Shown piece by piece: positions 10,909 through 23,740 of a stretch of 64,000 bases of DNA (positions are counted from its first letter, which is position 1; each line of letters opens with the position of its first letter). Below the pieces are notes generated by a model. That model did no database searches. It worked only from the letters and a program-made list of their open reading frames with translations, and had not been told where the DNA came from. The position numbers were made by a program, and so were the translations under genes. This DNA comes from Entomortierella parvispora E1425 (lineage: Eukaryota; Fungi; Mortierellomycota): the NCBI GenBank assembly GCA_020891255.1, contig BQFW01000008.1, positions 992,001-1,056,000 of the forward strand, read 5' to 3'.

Positions 10909-13900
10909 GTCTGGGAAGAGAAGGACTTTTTTTGGTTGACGGGCAAGAGTGGGGAGAACTGAGAAAGAGCCGTGAGAATCAAAGAAGATGATTGTGGACA
11001 GAAAAAAAATTGATTTCACCACAGAACAGGCTGTGGGGGTGGTAGTGCAGCCGCCAAAAGCGGCTCTGGGGGTGGCGAGTTTTTATAAGACAGGCTTGGA
11101 ACGGTAAAAAGAATGCGTCAAACGGATGGTGAGCGACTGACTGAACTGGGTTCGATCAAGATCAATATTCAATGGACCAGGAGTGAGGGGTGTGTTGCGG
11201 GCCCTGTGCCTGGAGTGGTGATAAGAGATATCTTGAGCGCAATTGCGACGATCATAATGGGGTTGGCAAAGGGCGGGAGCAGGGCGACGACCGATGGAAT
11301 GAAAAAAACAGGGGGCGTTGGCTTGGCACTGCCGTCGACTGTGGACAGAGACACTGAAAGGTTCGTCAGAGCAATGTTATCGGCACCATCGCGCACAAGA
11401 AAATAGCGAAAGAAGAAACACAACATGTCTGGCTAAATATATCATGTCTATGTTCGCTCTGCAGCTGTCCGTCCGAGGAGCGTTGTGAAGTATAGTACTT
11501 CGAGAGGCCGCTTGCTTTGCGGGGTAGGGTAGCTTTTCTCCTCCGAGGAATGGATGTCCTCGTAATAGATCGAGAAGCACCGGTACTAATGATTTGGCAG
11601 TAGTAGGGAGGCGCCGAGGAGGATCTTCCACGATGGCTAGAAGTCACCCTTCGCGCGGATCAGGCGCCAGATTGTGGCGCCGCCTCGTGGGCGTGTACTC
11701 TCTGGGTATCGCTCTTTGCTGGCTGGGACCTGTATGTTGTGTCCGTGGTCAAGAAAAAAAATAAAATTGAAGTGAGCCCGCAGCTGATTGTTCTTTATCA
11801 GTGCAATCAAAGACGTCCAAGACAGAGAGCAGTGGTACCATGTCACGACTATGTCCCACAGACACACTTTCCACGCTGCTCTTAAACCGTTTTACAATAT
11901 GATCGAATCCTCTCATCCGACAGAGTCGATTCTTGTTTGTTTTCATGCATCAGCCCTTGTCACTTTAGTTTATTTCAATGTAAGGTTGAACCCAGCAACT
12001 CTCTATCGGTCCTCAGCAGGTCCACAGGTTCCTTCCAAGAAGAGAACAACCGAAGACAAGGTGGTCGGAGGTCATCCAAGCAAACCATAGAAAGAAAACA
12101 TGGCTCCACTCCTTTTGAGGGATGCATCCCGAGGCGAAACCAAGACTGGAAACTTCGCTTCTATTACAGCCAAGATCGACAAAGTGAAGGTGAAAATGAT
12201 ATTACAAACGATAGCCATGACATTCTGACGCCCCAGTCTTGAGACAAGAGTCAATACACTATAATCGCTTGGGTTCTGTTGGTGATTGCGCGCCTTTTCG
12301 TCTGTCAGGATAATCGCCTCCCTTGCTCTCCTAACCGTGCGAACATGTCTTTCCTGGCCACGAATTCCTGTCGATGTCGAGCTGGATCACTAGAGGTTAA
12401 ATGAATTGGAAAGTAGAATGAAGAGAAAGAAAGAGTTCAAAAGGGTGTCCTTTGCCTTCCCCTCAATGACGCATCAATAAAAAAAAATTGCACCACCGAG
12501 ATCTGTTATCGCTGCAATGATGTTTGTCATCTTCATCATCTCGATTTTTCCTATCGATCCAATTGCTCTCTGTGGGATCCTGTCCCGCAGTTCCGAGGTC
12601 CGAGACGAGGGCGGTGAGTCGAGACAAAGGCGGTCAAGGTCTTTTTGTGCTGTCCTTGATGGTGGGTGCAGCTTCATGAAAAGAATGGCGCTCTCGAACC
12701 AATTTCTCCACAACCTTGTGGTTTTGATTCCCACACGAACAAACACAAACACAAAGGCAAACACAGGGTGATTGATTGAGATCGATAACCCAGCCTGCAT
12801 GCTGTTAGTCCAATCAGAACCACTTGGCGTATTTGTTTGTTTGTTTGTCTTCGAGAGGACACAAGATCTTCCCGCGGCGCAAGGCTCAAGGTTCGGCATC
12901 AAATCCAGAATAATTTATTCGAGATATTTTGAGTTTGTTCGCCCTGGGTGAGCACCCAGCGTTGGACCGAACCTTGATGGAGTGATTGTGCTCGGAACCA
13001 TAACCTTGTGTCTCTCACTGACTGGGCATGGAGGCAAGAAGGTTTTGCTTTGTTGTGCACTGTTGTTTGGGCGGAATAGACGTTGCGTGCTCTCAAGAAC
13101 AAAGGAAATGAGAGAGACACTCAACAAACGCAATGAAAAAGGCGGCTACGCACCTGACCTTGTGCCCAATGAAAGGAAAAGAAGGGTGAAGAAACAAACA
13201 AATCAACATTGAAGAGCTAAAGAAAAAGTAGCCATCGACTGTTGACTTGCAACTTATCTGTTTGGAGTCAGCAAGAGGAAGACAAGATCATGCAAACGAT
13301 GGTTTGATAAACTCGCGAACGCCCTCTCTTTGTGCCACAGAGCGATAGCATATCAGTCTGTCATGCGATCCAAATGTGTTTCGTCAACAAACGAATCCCA
13401 AACATGCTCGTCTTCCACCGAGGTACCCAATTGGCTTCGGGTCTTTTTTCATTCGTGCCCCTTTTCAATCTTGTGTCTCAAGGTCGCGCAAAAAAGAAGT
13501 CAAACAGGATCTTGTTGGACAAGATAAAGCTTTGCTGTTCTTCTGTCCTGACAATAATAGGGGTGAGCATCAAAAAAAACAAAAAGTCTTGCTTCTATGA
13601 TGTCCTTTGTGTGAACGAGCACCAACTGAAGTGCAATGTGGCAGATTGTACTCTTTTTTTTTATCTTTCTCGCTCTCGTCCAGATTGATCCAACTCTGCC
13701 TACTCCAAAGAAGCGCCATTACTTCGATTCCTGTCAATAGGCTGTTTTAGAGTAAGATGGTTGCACGATAATGGCAATCTCCCCCACAAGATCTTGTGGT
13801 CGTTCTTCTGCTCACGAATGTGTCCTTCGCGGTATCTATTCGCCCCTTAGCTTCCTTTCTTGGAGAAGGAGAAAAGGCTGGAAGAGTTCCAATGGCGCAG

Positions 13901-14614
13901 GCAAAACCGTCTCCTACCCCTAAAAAAAGACTCGTAGACTTCATTCTTCCCTGTGGTAACGGTTACTTCGTTAGCGCAAAATAAAATTATTCTCGCGTTG
14001 TGCACGATCTGAGCTGAATTTGGGTCAGTAACAATCCAACCTTTTCTGCCACTGAGTTGTTCTCACTGCCCTGGTCCTGCAGTGAATGAGATCCACCATC
14101 CTCTGGTCAATGGTCCATGAAGATTGACCGCAGAAATGAAGCGAATGCTAGTCTACCTACGGAAGAAGAATCAGCCCATTGATCATTCGTGGTGCCACGG
14201 AGAACAACATGGAGAGTCGTTTCTACCTAAAAAGTTGTTTTTTTTTTTTTCATCTCTCTGTGCCACCGAGTTGAGGAAAACCTCAGGTCTCTGACAGCTG
14301 GCCCCAAGAGCAAAACAAATAACACTCGAGAGCACTCTTTCCTCTTTGGGTTCAATTGGTCCACCAAACGGTCCGAATCCTTCACATAAGTCAAGAAAAA
14401 GGCACATGCGTAATTATATTCCAGAAAAGAGACGGACCGATCGAGGACTTTTTCTCCCCTTGGACACGCCGCAGTGTTCAATTGATGACACTTTGCCGTG
14501 CCCTGAATCCTGACAGCCGGGGTAAAGTATACTTGACGAACGAAGCAGAACTCAGATTCCTCCATCATCAAGACAGTCTGAACCAGGGGGGACAAATCGA
14601 GGCCGCTGCGGTGG

Positions 14615-14671
14615 TATAAAAATCATCTCTCCTTCCTCCTTTTTTTTTTTTTTTCTTCACCCTCAGGTCTC
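14615..14671 (+). promoter_or_regulatory. Core promoter of transporter copy 1: TATAAA plus TCAGGTCTC
   Basis: TATAAA 14615-14620, TCAGGTCTC 14663-14671; same arrangement before all four intact copies. Confidence 0.6.
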
Positions 14672-14735
14672 TCACTTCCTCTACAGTCTCCCTTTCGTCT
14701 TCACCCTCCCTTTCCTCACCTCCACTTCATCGACA

Positions 14736-16245
14736 ATGGTGCGCCTCGCCGACCCTCTGACCCAGGTCATCATCCTGGTGAGTAACCTGACCGTATTTAA
14801 AACACCTTATACCCTTCTCAAGTACAACGTCTAACCGATGACCTCTGTCTTCTCAGGGTTTCATCTGCTTCTGCTGCCCTGGCATGTTCAACGCTTTGAA
14901 CGGAACCGGTTCTTATGGTCTTAGCGCCAAGGATACCGATGTCGGAAACCGTGCTGGTACCGCTCTTTCTTGCGTTTTCGCCTTCTCCTCTCTGTTCGCC
15001 GGTGCTCTTTTCAACTTGTTCGGTCACCGTGTCCTTCTCATCCTCGGAGGTTTGACTTACGTCCTCTATGTCGGATCCTTCTTGGCTTACCACTACATCG
15101 AGTCCATCGTCTTTGTCGTCATTGCCTCTTGCTTGCTCGGTGTTGGTGCTGGTTGGTTGTGGTGCGCTCAGGGTGCCGTCATGATGGGTTACCCCGCTGA
15201 GGGTGACAAGGGAAAGTACTTCTCGCTCTTCTGGGCCATCTTCAACTGCGGTGGTGTCCTTGGTAACTTGATTCCTCTCGGTCTTCAGTGGAACGACCCC
15301 ACCGCCGGCGGTGCCTCGACTGGCTCATATGTCGGATACATGGTCGTCATGACCCTCGGCTCCCTCATTTCCGTCTTCTTGTTGCCCACCGCCAAGGTCA
15401 CCCGCAAGGATGGCTCTGCCGTCGTCAAGGTCAGATACTCGAGCCCCATTTTGGAGCTTAAGGCCGTCTTGGGTCTCTTTGGTGATTGGAGAATGTTGTG
15501 CTTGGTCCCCATGTTCTTCACCTCCAACTGGATCTACACCTACCAGTTCACCATGAACTCCACCAACTTCACCCAGCGCACTCGCTCCATGAACTCTATG
15601 TTCTACTGGTTCGCTCAGATTCTCGCCTCGATCGCCTTCGGTGCTTTCTTGGATCGTGCCCAGTGGTCCCGCTCTACCCGTGCTCGCTATGGTCTCATTC
15701 TTATGACTGTCATGTTGATCGCCATCTGGATTGGAGGCATCATCTGGCAAACCACCTTTGGCCCCAAGAGCTATATCATCAGCGACGGCGAGCCTGTCAA
15801 GAACCCTGCCGACTACCACATGATCGACTTGGTTGAGGACACTCACGAGTACATGGGACCTTTCTTCTTGTACTTCTTCTACGGAGTCGCCGATGCCATG
15901 TACCAGGGTTACTCTTACTGGTTGATGGGCGCCTTGACCAACGACACCAACCAGGCAGCCCGCTTTGCTGGTTTCTACAAGTTCGTCCAGAACTTGGGAG
16001 GTGTCCTTGCCCCCGTTGTCCAGACCTCCACCATTGGCATCGCTCCCTCTGATGGTTACAACATTGTTCACGCCCACGGCAAAGGTATGGGTGAGATCAT
16101 CATCGCTGTTGTCCTCGTCTTTGTCGGAGTCCTCGGTGCTGTCCCCGTCGCCTTTAAGGCCGTCAAGGACCACACTGTTGAGGAGACCGAGGATGTCGTC
16201 GACCAGAAGCAGGAGGCTGTCTATGAGGAAGACGTCAAGGCGTAA
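14736..16245 (+). CDS. UNC-93-like MFS transporter (NGT1/NOPE1 family), copy 1, loop type A; intron 14778-14856
   Basis: MVRLADPLTQVIIL|GFICFCCPGMFNAL, GAGWLWCAQGAVMMGYP, GKYFSLFWAIFN, YWLMGALTND, FAGFYKFVQ; about 12 hydrophobic segments. Confidence 0.92.
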
Positions 16246-18419
16246 GAATAATGGCCCCTTCCAAGAACCCATCTTTCCCCCCCCCCCCCAATCTACCCTT
16301 CTTATTTCACACGTAATATTGTCATTTCTTTATTCACCACCTTGGTGAAAAAATAAACAACGGTCCCATTTGTACAACAATTTTTAGCATGCTTTTGGGA
16401 CCTCGATGCCAGGGAAGGTGCATTTTGAGGTCGCGGGGGTAAATAAAAAAAATAAAAAATCAACAAGAGTGAGCAGAGGATAAACCAAGTAGGCTGGCGC
16501 AACGTCTTTTACATCCTGGTCCTGGAGGACAGTTGTCTCTTGCAAGGACAATCCCCTGTACACACAAGATCAGCAATGACAACCAGAGCTGCCAATTGCA
16601 CCTGAGGCCTTGTGAGTGCAACAAGCATACCCTAGTGCCCTAGGTAACGTGTCGATCAGCCAGTAACTCAGCAGCTACATTTGTCTGACGTCCTTCTACG
16701 ACTAATGAAAGACAAAGAGCTCTGGTGCACGACAAAGCACGTAACTGTCCACTTGGATGTGGATGGTATGACTGCGTCTTCGCGTTGCACGCGTCAGGGG
16801 ATATAGGCCGTAGGAAAGTGGAAGCAAAAGGAGTTTGGCAACGCGTATCCTACCAAACCTCGCCTCTTCTAGCTCAGGGCTGATACTCGACAAAAGGCCA
16901 AAACATTGTTTAATTCTTGTTTGTGGGCGGATACGACTACCATTGAATCATTCTGTAACTATTGTAAGCTCAATTGAGTAATACCCGGTATTCAATTGCT
17001 CTTTGGTCCTCGGAGCACCCCAGACAACTCTGTGGAGAATTCCTGGAAATTGAAAAGGAGGTTGAAAATTAAAAAAGAAAAAAAAATAGAGAATAGAGTA
17101 TCCCTCTTCTGTTGAATCCGACATTGTCCATCTCGATACACATCGATCCTCAAAGCAACTGACAAGCGGCTCTTTGTGGCGATGGACAACTAAACTGTCT
17201 GGCCAGGACATGTCATTTGCAAAGTAGGAAGCATCGACATCGACACAGCAGCAATTGCCTCGGATGGATTTGGCTTGTTTTACATTTCCCTGTTGAACCT
17301 CGACGCCTGCACTTCGATCCACCTTAGTTTGCCAAACAATCAATCCACCACCTGCCCCTGTTTGCTCTCGCTCAAAGATCAGACACGACTTCAGAGGCGG
17401 CACTCAGGGGAGAGATAAGAGTCTCTGTGGTACAAGGCCACCATGTCTCCTCCCACAACAACTCTCATCATTCTTTCTCTGCTCAACATCAAAAGAAGTC
17501 AATCAAATGAGGAAGATGAGAACTAAGTATGGGGGGGCAGACCAATGGATGATCATGCAACAAGATCTTTTTTTGCGCAAAGTTTTGATAAGGATGTCCC
17601 GTGCCTCGTACAAAGAACACTCGATACCTTTCTGCGAGTGCCCATCCTGCCATCCCCAGACTGCGAGTGGTGCAGGTTGTTTTCCGAGCTTTTGGGTGCT
17701 GAGCGTTATTCCCAATTTAAGATTTCCAGATTGAATGTTATCAAGCCAGGATCTTTGAGAGGAACAGCGACAACAACCACCCCCGTTCTGCTTCTTTCCC
17801 AGGCTCCGTCCTCGCCCATTGCCCACCTCGATGTTGCATCTCCACGAGGTTGCTTGATCCATGTAGCACCCTTCATCACCCTCCCTTGACCGCTAACAAG
17901 GAGAGAGAAAGAGAGGAAGAGAGAAGGACAGAGAGAGAGAGAAAAAAAAAGAAGAGTGAGAGTCCAGTATTGTCAAGACCGAGACTGAGCTCGCCCCACT
18001 GTGCCTGCTGATACAACTTTGATTATTTTAACCTTTTCAACTCCAATGGGCAGTGGTCACTCAAGGAAGGAAAGACAGTGAGCAGCCCAACCTTCGCTTG
18101 TTGCCAAAGCCAGCGCCTGCTCGATGCAATTGTGCAAACAAAGCAGCAACCACGTCTGCCACAGACCTGGACTGTCCCACAATCGGTGAGCCATCGCCTG
18201 GCCCTCCTGTCCGCTTTGATTCATTCGGGCCTGAATAGGATAGGGCCTGAATGAATCAAACAGAGGGTTGTGCTCACACTTTCCCCGGGACATGAATCTG
18301 TCCATCCCGTCCACCCTCGCTTCAACGGTCAAAGTCCCCCAGACAGAATGGGCTTCCCCTTTCACTCAAGACTGCCTCACTCTTCACACACCCGGTTTTT
18401 GTTGCAGTTGCCCCGGTCG

Positions 18420-18479
18420 TATAAATTGTCTCCTCCACAATCCCTCTTCCCCTCTTTTTTTTTCTTCAGCTCAGGTCTC
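18420..18479 (+). promoter_or_regulatory. Core promoter of transporter copy 2: TATAAA plus TCAGGTCTC
   Basis: TATAAA at 18420, TCAGGTCTC 18471-18479. Confidence 0.6.
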
Positions 18480-18538
18480 TCACTCTTCCTCTCTTTCTCC
18501 TCTCTCCCTCTCCCTCAACGCCCATCGCCACTTCCACA

Positions 18539-20162
18539 ATGGTGCGCCTCGCCGACCCCTTGACCCAGGTCATCATCCTGGTGAGTAACAACGACACTTT
18601 CTGCCTCGCCTTTACATCCTTCTCCTTCTTGGCTACCACTGCCCCTCTTCCATCGATTCCATATCTTGTCGTGCAATCCTCGCTTGCGATGCATTTCCGC
18701 TTTCTGCTCTCATAACCAGGGTGTCGCCTCTAACTCGTCTTCCTTGATCACCATATTGTCACTGCTGTAGGGTTTCATCTGCTTCTGCTGCCCTGGTATG
18801 TTCAACGCTTTGAACGGAACCGGTTCTTATGGTCTTACCGCTAAGGATACCGATGTCGGAAATCGTGCCGGTACTGCTCTCTCGGTCGTCTTCGCCTTCT
18901 CCTCTCTGTTTGCCGGTGCTCTTTTCAACTTGTTCGGTCACCGTGTCCTTCTCATCCTCGGAGGTTTGACTTACGTCCTCTATGTCGGATCCTTCTTGGC
19001 TTACCACTACATCGAGTCCATCGTCTTTGTCGTCATTGCCTCTTGCTTGCTCGGTGTTGGTGCTGGTTGGTTGTGGTGCGCTCAGGGTGCCGTCATGATG
19101 GGTTACCCCGCTGAGGGTGACAAGGGAAAGTACTTCTCGCTCTTCTGGGCCATCTTCAACTGCGGTGGTGTCCTTGGTAACTTGATCCCTCTCGGTATCC
19201 AGTGGAACGACCCCACCGCCGGCGGTGCCTCGACTGGCTCATATGTCGGATACATGGTCGTCATGACCCTCGGTTCCCTCATTTCCGTCTTCTTGTTGCC
19301 CACCGCCAAGGTCACCCGCAAGGATGGCTCTGCCGTCGTCAAGGTCAGATACTCGAGCCCCATTTTGGAGCTTAAGGCCGTCTTGGGTCTCTTTGGTGAT
19401 TGGAGAATGTTGTGCTTGGTCCCCATGTTCTTCACCTCCAACTGGATCTACACCTACCAGTTCACCATGAACTCCACCAACTTCACCCAGCGCACTCGCT
19501 CCATGAACTCTATGTTCTACTGGTTCGCTCAGATTCTCGCCTCGATCGCCTTCGGTGCTTTCTTGGATCGTGCCCAGTGGTCCCGCTCTACCCGTGCTCG
19601 CTATGGTCTCATTCTCATGACCGTCTTCTTGGCCGCTACCTGGGTTGGAGGCATCATCTGGCAAACCACCTTCGGCCCCAAGAGCCATATCCTCGATACT
19701 GATGGCAAGACCCCCATCAAGAACCCTGCCGACTACCACATGATCGACTTGGTCGAGAACACTGGCGAGTACATTGGACCCTTCTTCTTGTACTTCTTCT
19801 ACGGAGTCATCGATGCCATGTACCAGGGTTACTCTTACTGGTTGATGGGCGCCTTGACCAACGACACCAACCAGGCAGCCCGCTTTGCTGGTTTCTACAA
19901 GTTCGTCCAGAACTTGGGAGGTGTTCTTGCCCCCGTTGTCCAGACCTCCACCATTGGTATCGCTCCCTCTGCAGGCCACAACATCCTTAACGTCTCCACC
20001 AAGGGTATGGGTGAGATCATCATTGCCATTGTCCTCGTCTTTGCCGGAGTCCTCGGTGCTGTCCCCGTCGCCTTCAAGGCCGTCAAGGACCACACTGTCG
20101 AGGAGGGTGATGAAGTTATTGGCGAGAAGCAGGAGGCTGCTTACGATGATGTCAAGGCTTAA
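18539..20162 (+). CDS. UNC-93-like MFS transporter (NGT1/NOPE1 family), copy 2, loop type B; intron 18581-18770
   Basis: Same exon 1 peptide and family motifs as copy 1; central DNA nearly identical to copy 1. Confidence 0.92.
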
Positions 20163-22132
20163 ACGCCCTTGTCCCCTGCCTTTCCTTTCCTCTCTTATCC
20201 CTCCCTCCCTCCCTCCCTCCCTCCCTCTCCTTTCATACCCATTCCTATGACGCTTAATCATTCTGTATTTCTATCCCAGTCTTTTGTGCAGTGGAATAAA
20301 AATATGTCCTTTTTTGTAAAACTATACCAGGCAAAGAGAAAACATGGTGGGTCATTGCATTTACAACGGGTGGAGGAGGTGGATTCAACGTTTGGCTCTT
20401 CTGGTTTGGCACGATTGTTTGTTAGTTTTAAGGTGCTGATGGCGACTTCCCGATTCGGGAGGCAATTCAAAATTTTGTTCCTGAATCGCAATCAGAGCTG
20501 TCGGACGCGATGGATCTTGTGCCTCGCGCGTTGCTGAACATGGTAGGATGTAGTGGAAGGGGGGGGGGGGGGGGAAGCAATGAATGAATCGGAGGTTGTG
20601 ATGAGGGAGAACGTGAAGGAGGTATGGAGGTGTGTGTGTGTTCGTGTGTGTGCACTGTGTGAGAGAAAGGGAGGATGAGAGACGTGTGAAAGAGAGAGCG
20701 AGGGGGAGGGGGAGAGCGAGGGCGAGAATCGTGTGCGTGTGGTGTGTGTGTGTGGTGTGTGAGAGAGAGAAAAGGTAGGTGAGAAAGGCGATAGAGGGGT
20801 AAGGAGGGAGATGGAGGGGGTGAACAGGTGGGTGCCAGTCTGGTGTGTTTGTGTATATCGACTGATGGTGTGGTGTGAGGAGGTAAGGTGGGGTGAGGTC
20901 GGGCGAGCAAGTTTCAAGCCCCTTGAGCTAACCGGACGGTGAAGAGGATGTGCAATTGCGATGAGGTGAGGTATGAGCTGACTGATCGAAAGCGGAAAGA
21001 GTGAGAAGGGAACAATAAACTGAGGGGGAGCCAGAGTCCCCCTCAAGAAGTCTGTTCTTTTTATAACAATTCCTATGGGGGCGCGGGGGTTGTGCCAAGA
21101 CAAAAAGTTTGAACTGGTTAACGCGCGGCCTAGAGGCAGGTGCTTTAATCCCCCGTGCGGAAGAGGCGCACTGACTCGATTGAGGACCACACTGAATCAC
21201 TGAATACTTGCATTACTGCCACTGCTGCGGGGTTCTATTCTTGCAGTCGAGGGGTTAGTTTACTGACCAGTGGGTCAACGGGGTCCAGTTGGATCAAACG
21301 TGGAGATTAAGGCTGGGTCTGTGAAGACTTTCGAGATGCCAAGAGATTCCAATGTTTGCCAAGAGATTTAGGCAAAAGAAAGTTTTTTTCAGCCCCCTTC
21401 TTGCATTTAAAAAAATTGGGCGAAAAAATAATCAGTATTTATTCCAGGTCCAGAGAACAACCTTCAATTGAACCCGATTAACTGCTTGTACAAGAGAATA
21501 CTCCTGAGGTCTTGTTAAAGAACAACGTTGATCTCTTAATATTATTACCGTCGGTCTTTATTCTTTAACCAACAAAGAAGGCAACAGCACCTCCCAATTC
21601 GATGTAGGGGAGCAAATCCCGCCGGCCGCAGGTCAAGACCTATGTCCAATAAAAAAAGTTGACTCTCCTGACTTCTGTCACGCTGCTGCTACGATTGTGG
21701 AAGCCAAAGGTGATGCCTTGGGGAAGCTTTTCGAAAATTCGTCTTATGGCAGCTGCTCGAGCTCGAGCGAAGGATGGCGATTCTTCATAGTGTGGATGAA
21801 GTTGGTCTCCATTTTGAATCCAGGAACTGAATAGAGGTAAGAAATCACAACAGGGCATGCACCACCCCAAGTGTTCCCTCTGAATGCGACTCAATTGTGC
21901 GGGCGGACCTCTGAGTACCATACTAAAGAGGCACTTCCACGAAAGTAGTGTAATAACAAAAAAAGAGACATTGAGCACAGAATGTAAAAGCTCACTTCCT
22001 TCGATCCCCTTGCACCTGCGATGCCAAGACTTGATAATAGCTATCTCTGGTCCTCGTCCCAAATAGTTTCAAAGGTTCCCTCATTATGATTTGAGTCAAG
22101 AACCCTCGTTTGAATAGGACCTTCACAATAAC

Positions 22133-22133
<1 letters not shown>

Positions 22134-22166
<33 letters not shown>
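22134..22166 (+). repeat. Poly(A) tract, about 33 nt
   Basis: Direct reading; homopolymer length may be affected by sequencing. Confidence 0.85.
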
Positions 22167-22167
<1 letters not shown>

Positions 22168-22940
22168 ATTGTAAAATATTATCGGCCTTCCTTCAAACTG
22201 AGTATCGTCTCACCCATCACAAACGCACTCGAAAAGAGGCAATGGATGGTATTAGTTATCCCTTGACATGATGAAGTAGTGGAGTACAACCATCAGGCGA
22301 ACCTCATCACGACCAGCAGTCGGTGTCATATATCCACGTTACTGGCCTCCGGCCTGCTCAAGCCAAGGTACACAAACTACTATCAATTGAGTCCATGGGG
22401 CTGAGGCGCTTCTCCGCAAGTCCCGGGCACTCTCTATAAATGTGTTTTGATGAAGGCGCGTGTTGTTCAGTCCGAGCCAACAGCTCAATTGGAAATTCGA
22501 GCAGGCAAATCGCCTATTAAACGAGATTTTTTTTATTCTGGAAAAGAAGGTTTTAAACTTTTTTCTCCGCGTGTTTTCCGTCCGAGAGAACGGGAGACGT
22601 GCAGAGAACACAAAATTGGCTGCACCCTTGGTCCTCCCTGGTCAGGATGTTGCTCCCAAGATAGCCGCCCGCGCCCTCAAACCAGCTTCCACTGACTAAG
22701 ACTGAAAAAAAGATACTGTTGCAAATGGTATTCACTTTTGTCGCCTTCAATTGGCACGGTATTGACTCTTGCCACATTGAATAGGGAGGCGTGCCTCGAT
22801 GGCCAAGGGAATCTTTTCAGAGGAAAACGCTATAAAACCAACACCTTCTCTGCTTCCTTTTTTTCTTTGCCCTCGAGTCACTCCAACTCCCCTTTCATCT
22901 CTCCCAGCCCCTCTGTCTCTCGTCCCCTAAGCTTTTCGCC

Positions 22941-23740
22941 ATGGATCATTTCGCTGGTCGCTTGACATCCTTCGAAAGCGCACCTGAACTCGCCAGTCCA
23001 ACCAACAGTTTCTCCGTTATCGACTTTGCACTCGAGGATCCCATTACTTCCACTGTCTACCATACTTGACTCACTGAGTTCCCTAGGTGACCTTTGCCTC
23101 CCCCTCTTCCTCCGTCTCCTCCTTCTCATCGGAGGGTTGACTGTCTTACACCTTATATCCTATGTGACCCTACATCCATTCCATTGCCCTTGTTATTGTC
23201 TCTTCTTACTTCGTTGGCTTGGGTGATGGTTGGTTGGGATGCACCCAGGTCGTCATGATATGTTATCCTAGTGGAGTCCGTAAGGGAAAGTACATCTCGA
23301 TCTTTCTGAACAACCTCAACTATGGGGTGTCATTGGCATTCCTTTTGCTGTTTAGTGAGTCAACTCCATCGCCGGTGTCCCGACAGTTCTACATGGGATA
23401 CAGGGATACATTGCCATCATTGTTTTTGGAGTTCTCATCTCAGTCTTCCTGCCCCCGTGAGAGTTCTCTGTACAGTACCATCAAGGCCATCCTATCCTTC
23501 CACTTCACTGACTTCTACATGTTCCTGCAAGACTTGAGAGCTACCCTTTCCCTTTTGCTCAGACCTCCCCCGTCGGTAGAGCAGTATTCATCCCTCGGAT
23601 GATTGACCATATCATACATGCCCATACCGCGGAATGGGTGAAGCTACTACCGTGGCCGCCTTTGTTCTCGACACCAGTATCATAACCATACCTAGCAAAA
23701 TATTTACACCACTGAAGGAACCAATGTTATCTCTGAGCGA
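22941..23740 (+). pseudogene. Decayed fifth copy of the UNC-93-like transporter with frameshifts, stops and a large internal deletion
   Basis: DNA blocks collinear with intact copies: ctccttctcatcggagggttgac; ggttggttgggatgcacccaggtcgtcatg; aagggaaagtacatctcgatcttt; ggatacattgccatc...ctcatctcagtcttcctgccc; ttctacatgttcctgcaagac; ccctcggatg...catatcatacatgcccat...ggaatgggtga; gttatctctgag; TATAAA at 22831. Confidence 0.8.

Noticed and set aside
11113-13200. Scattered short ORFs and splice-like signals on both strands
   Set aside because: No consistent frame or family similarity; left unannotated
22134-22166. Poly(A) tract as a retroelement tail
   Set aside because: No target-site duplication or RT-like sequence recognised upstream; homopolymers are common throughout the window
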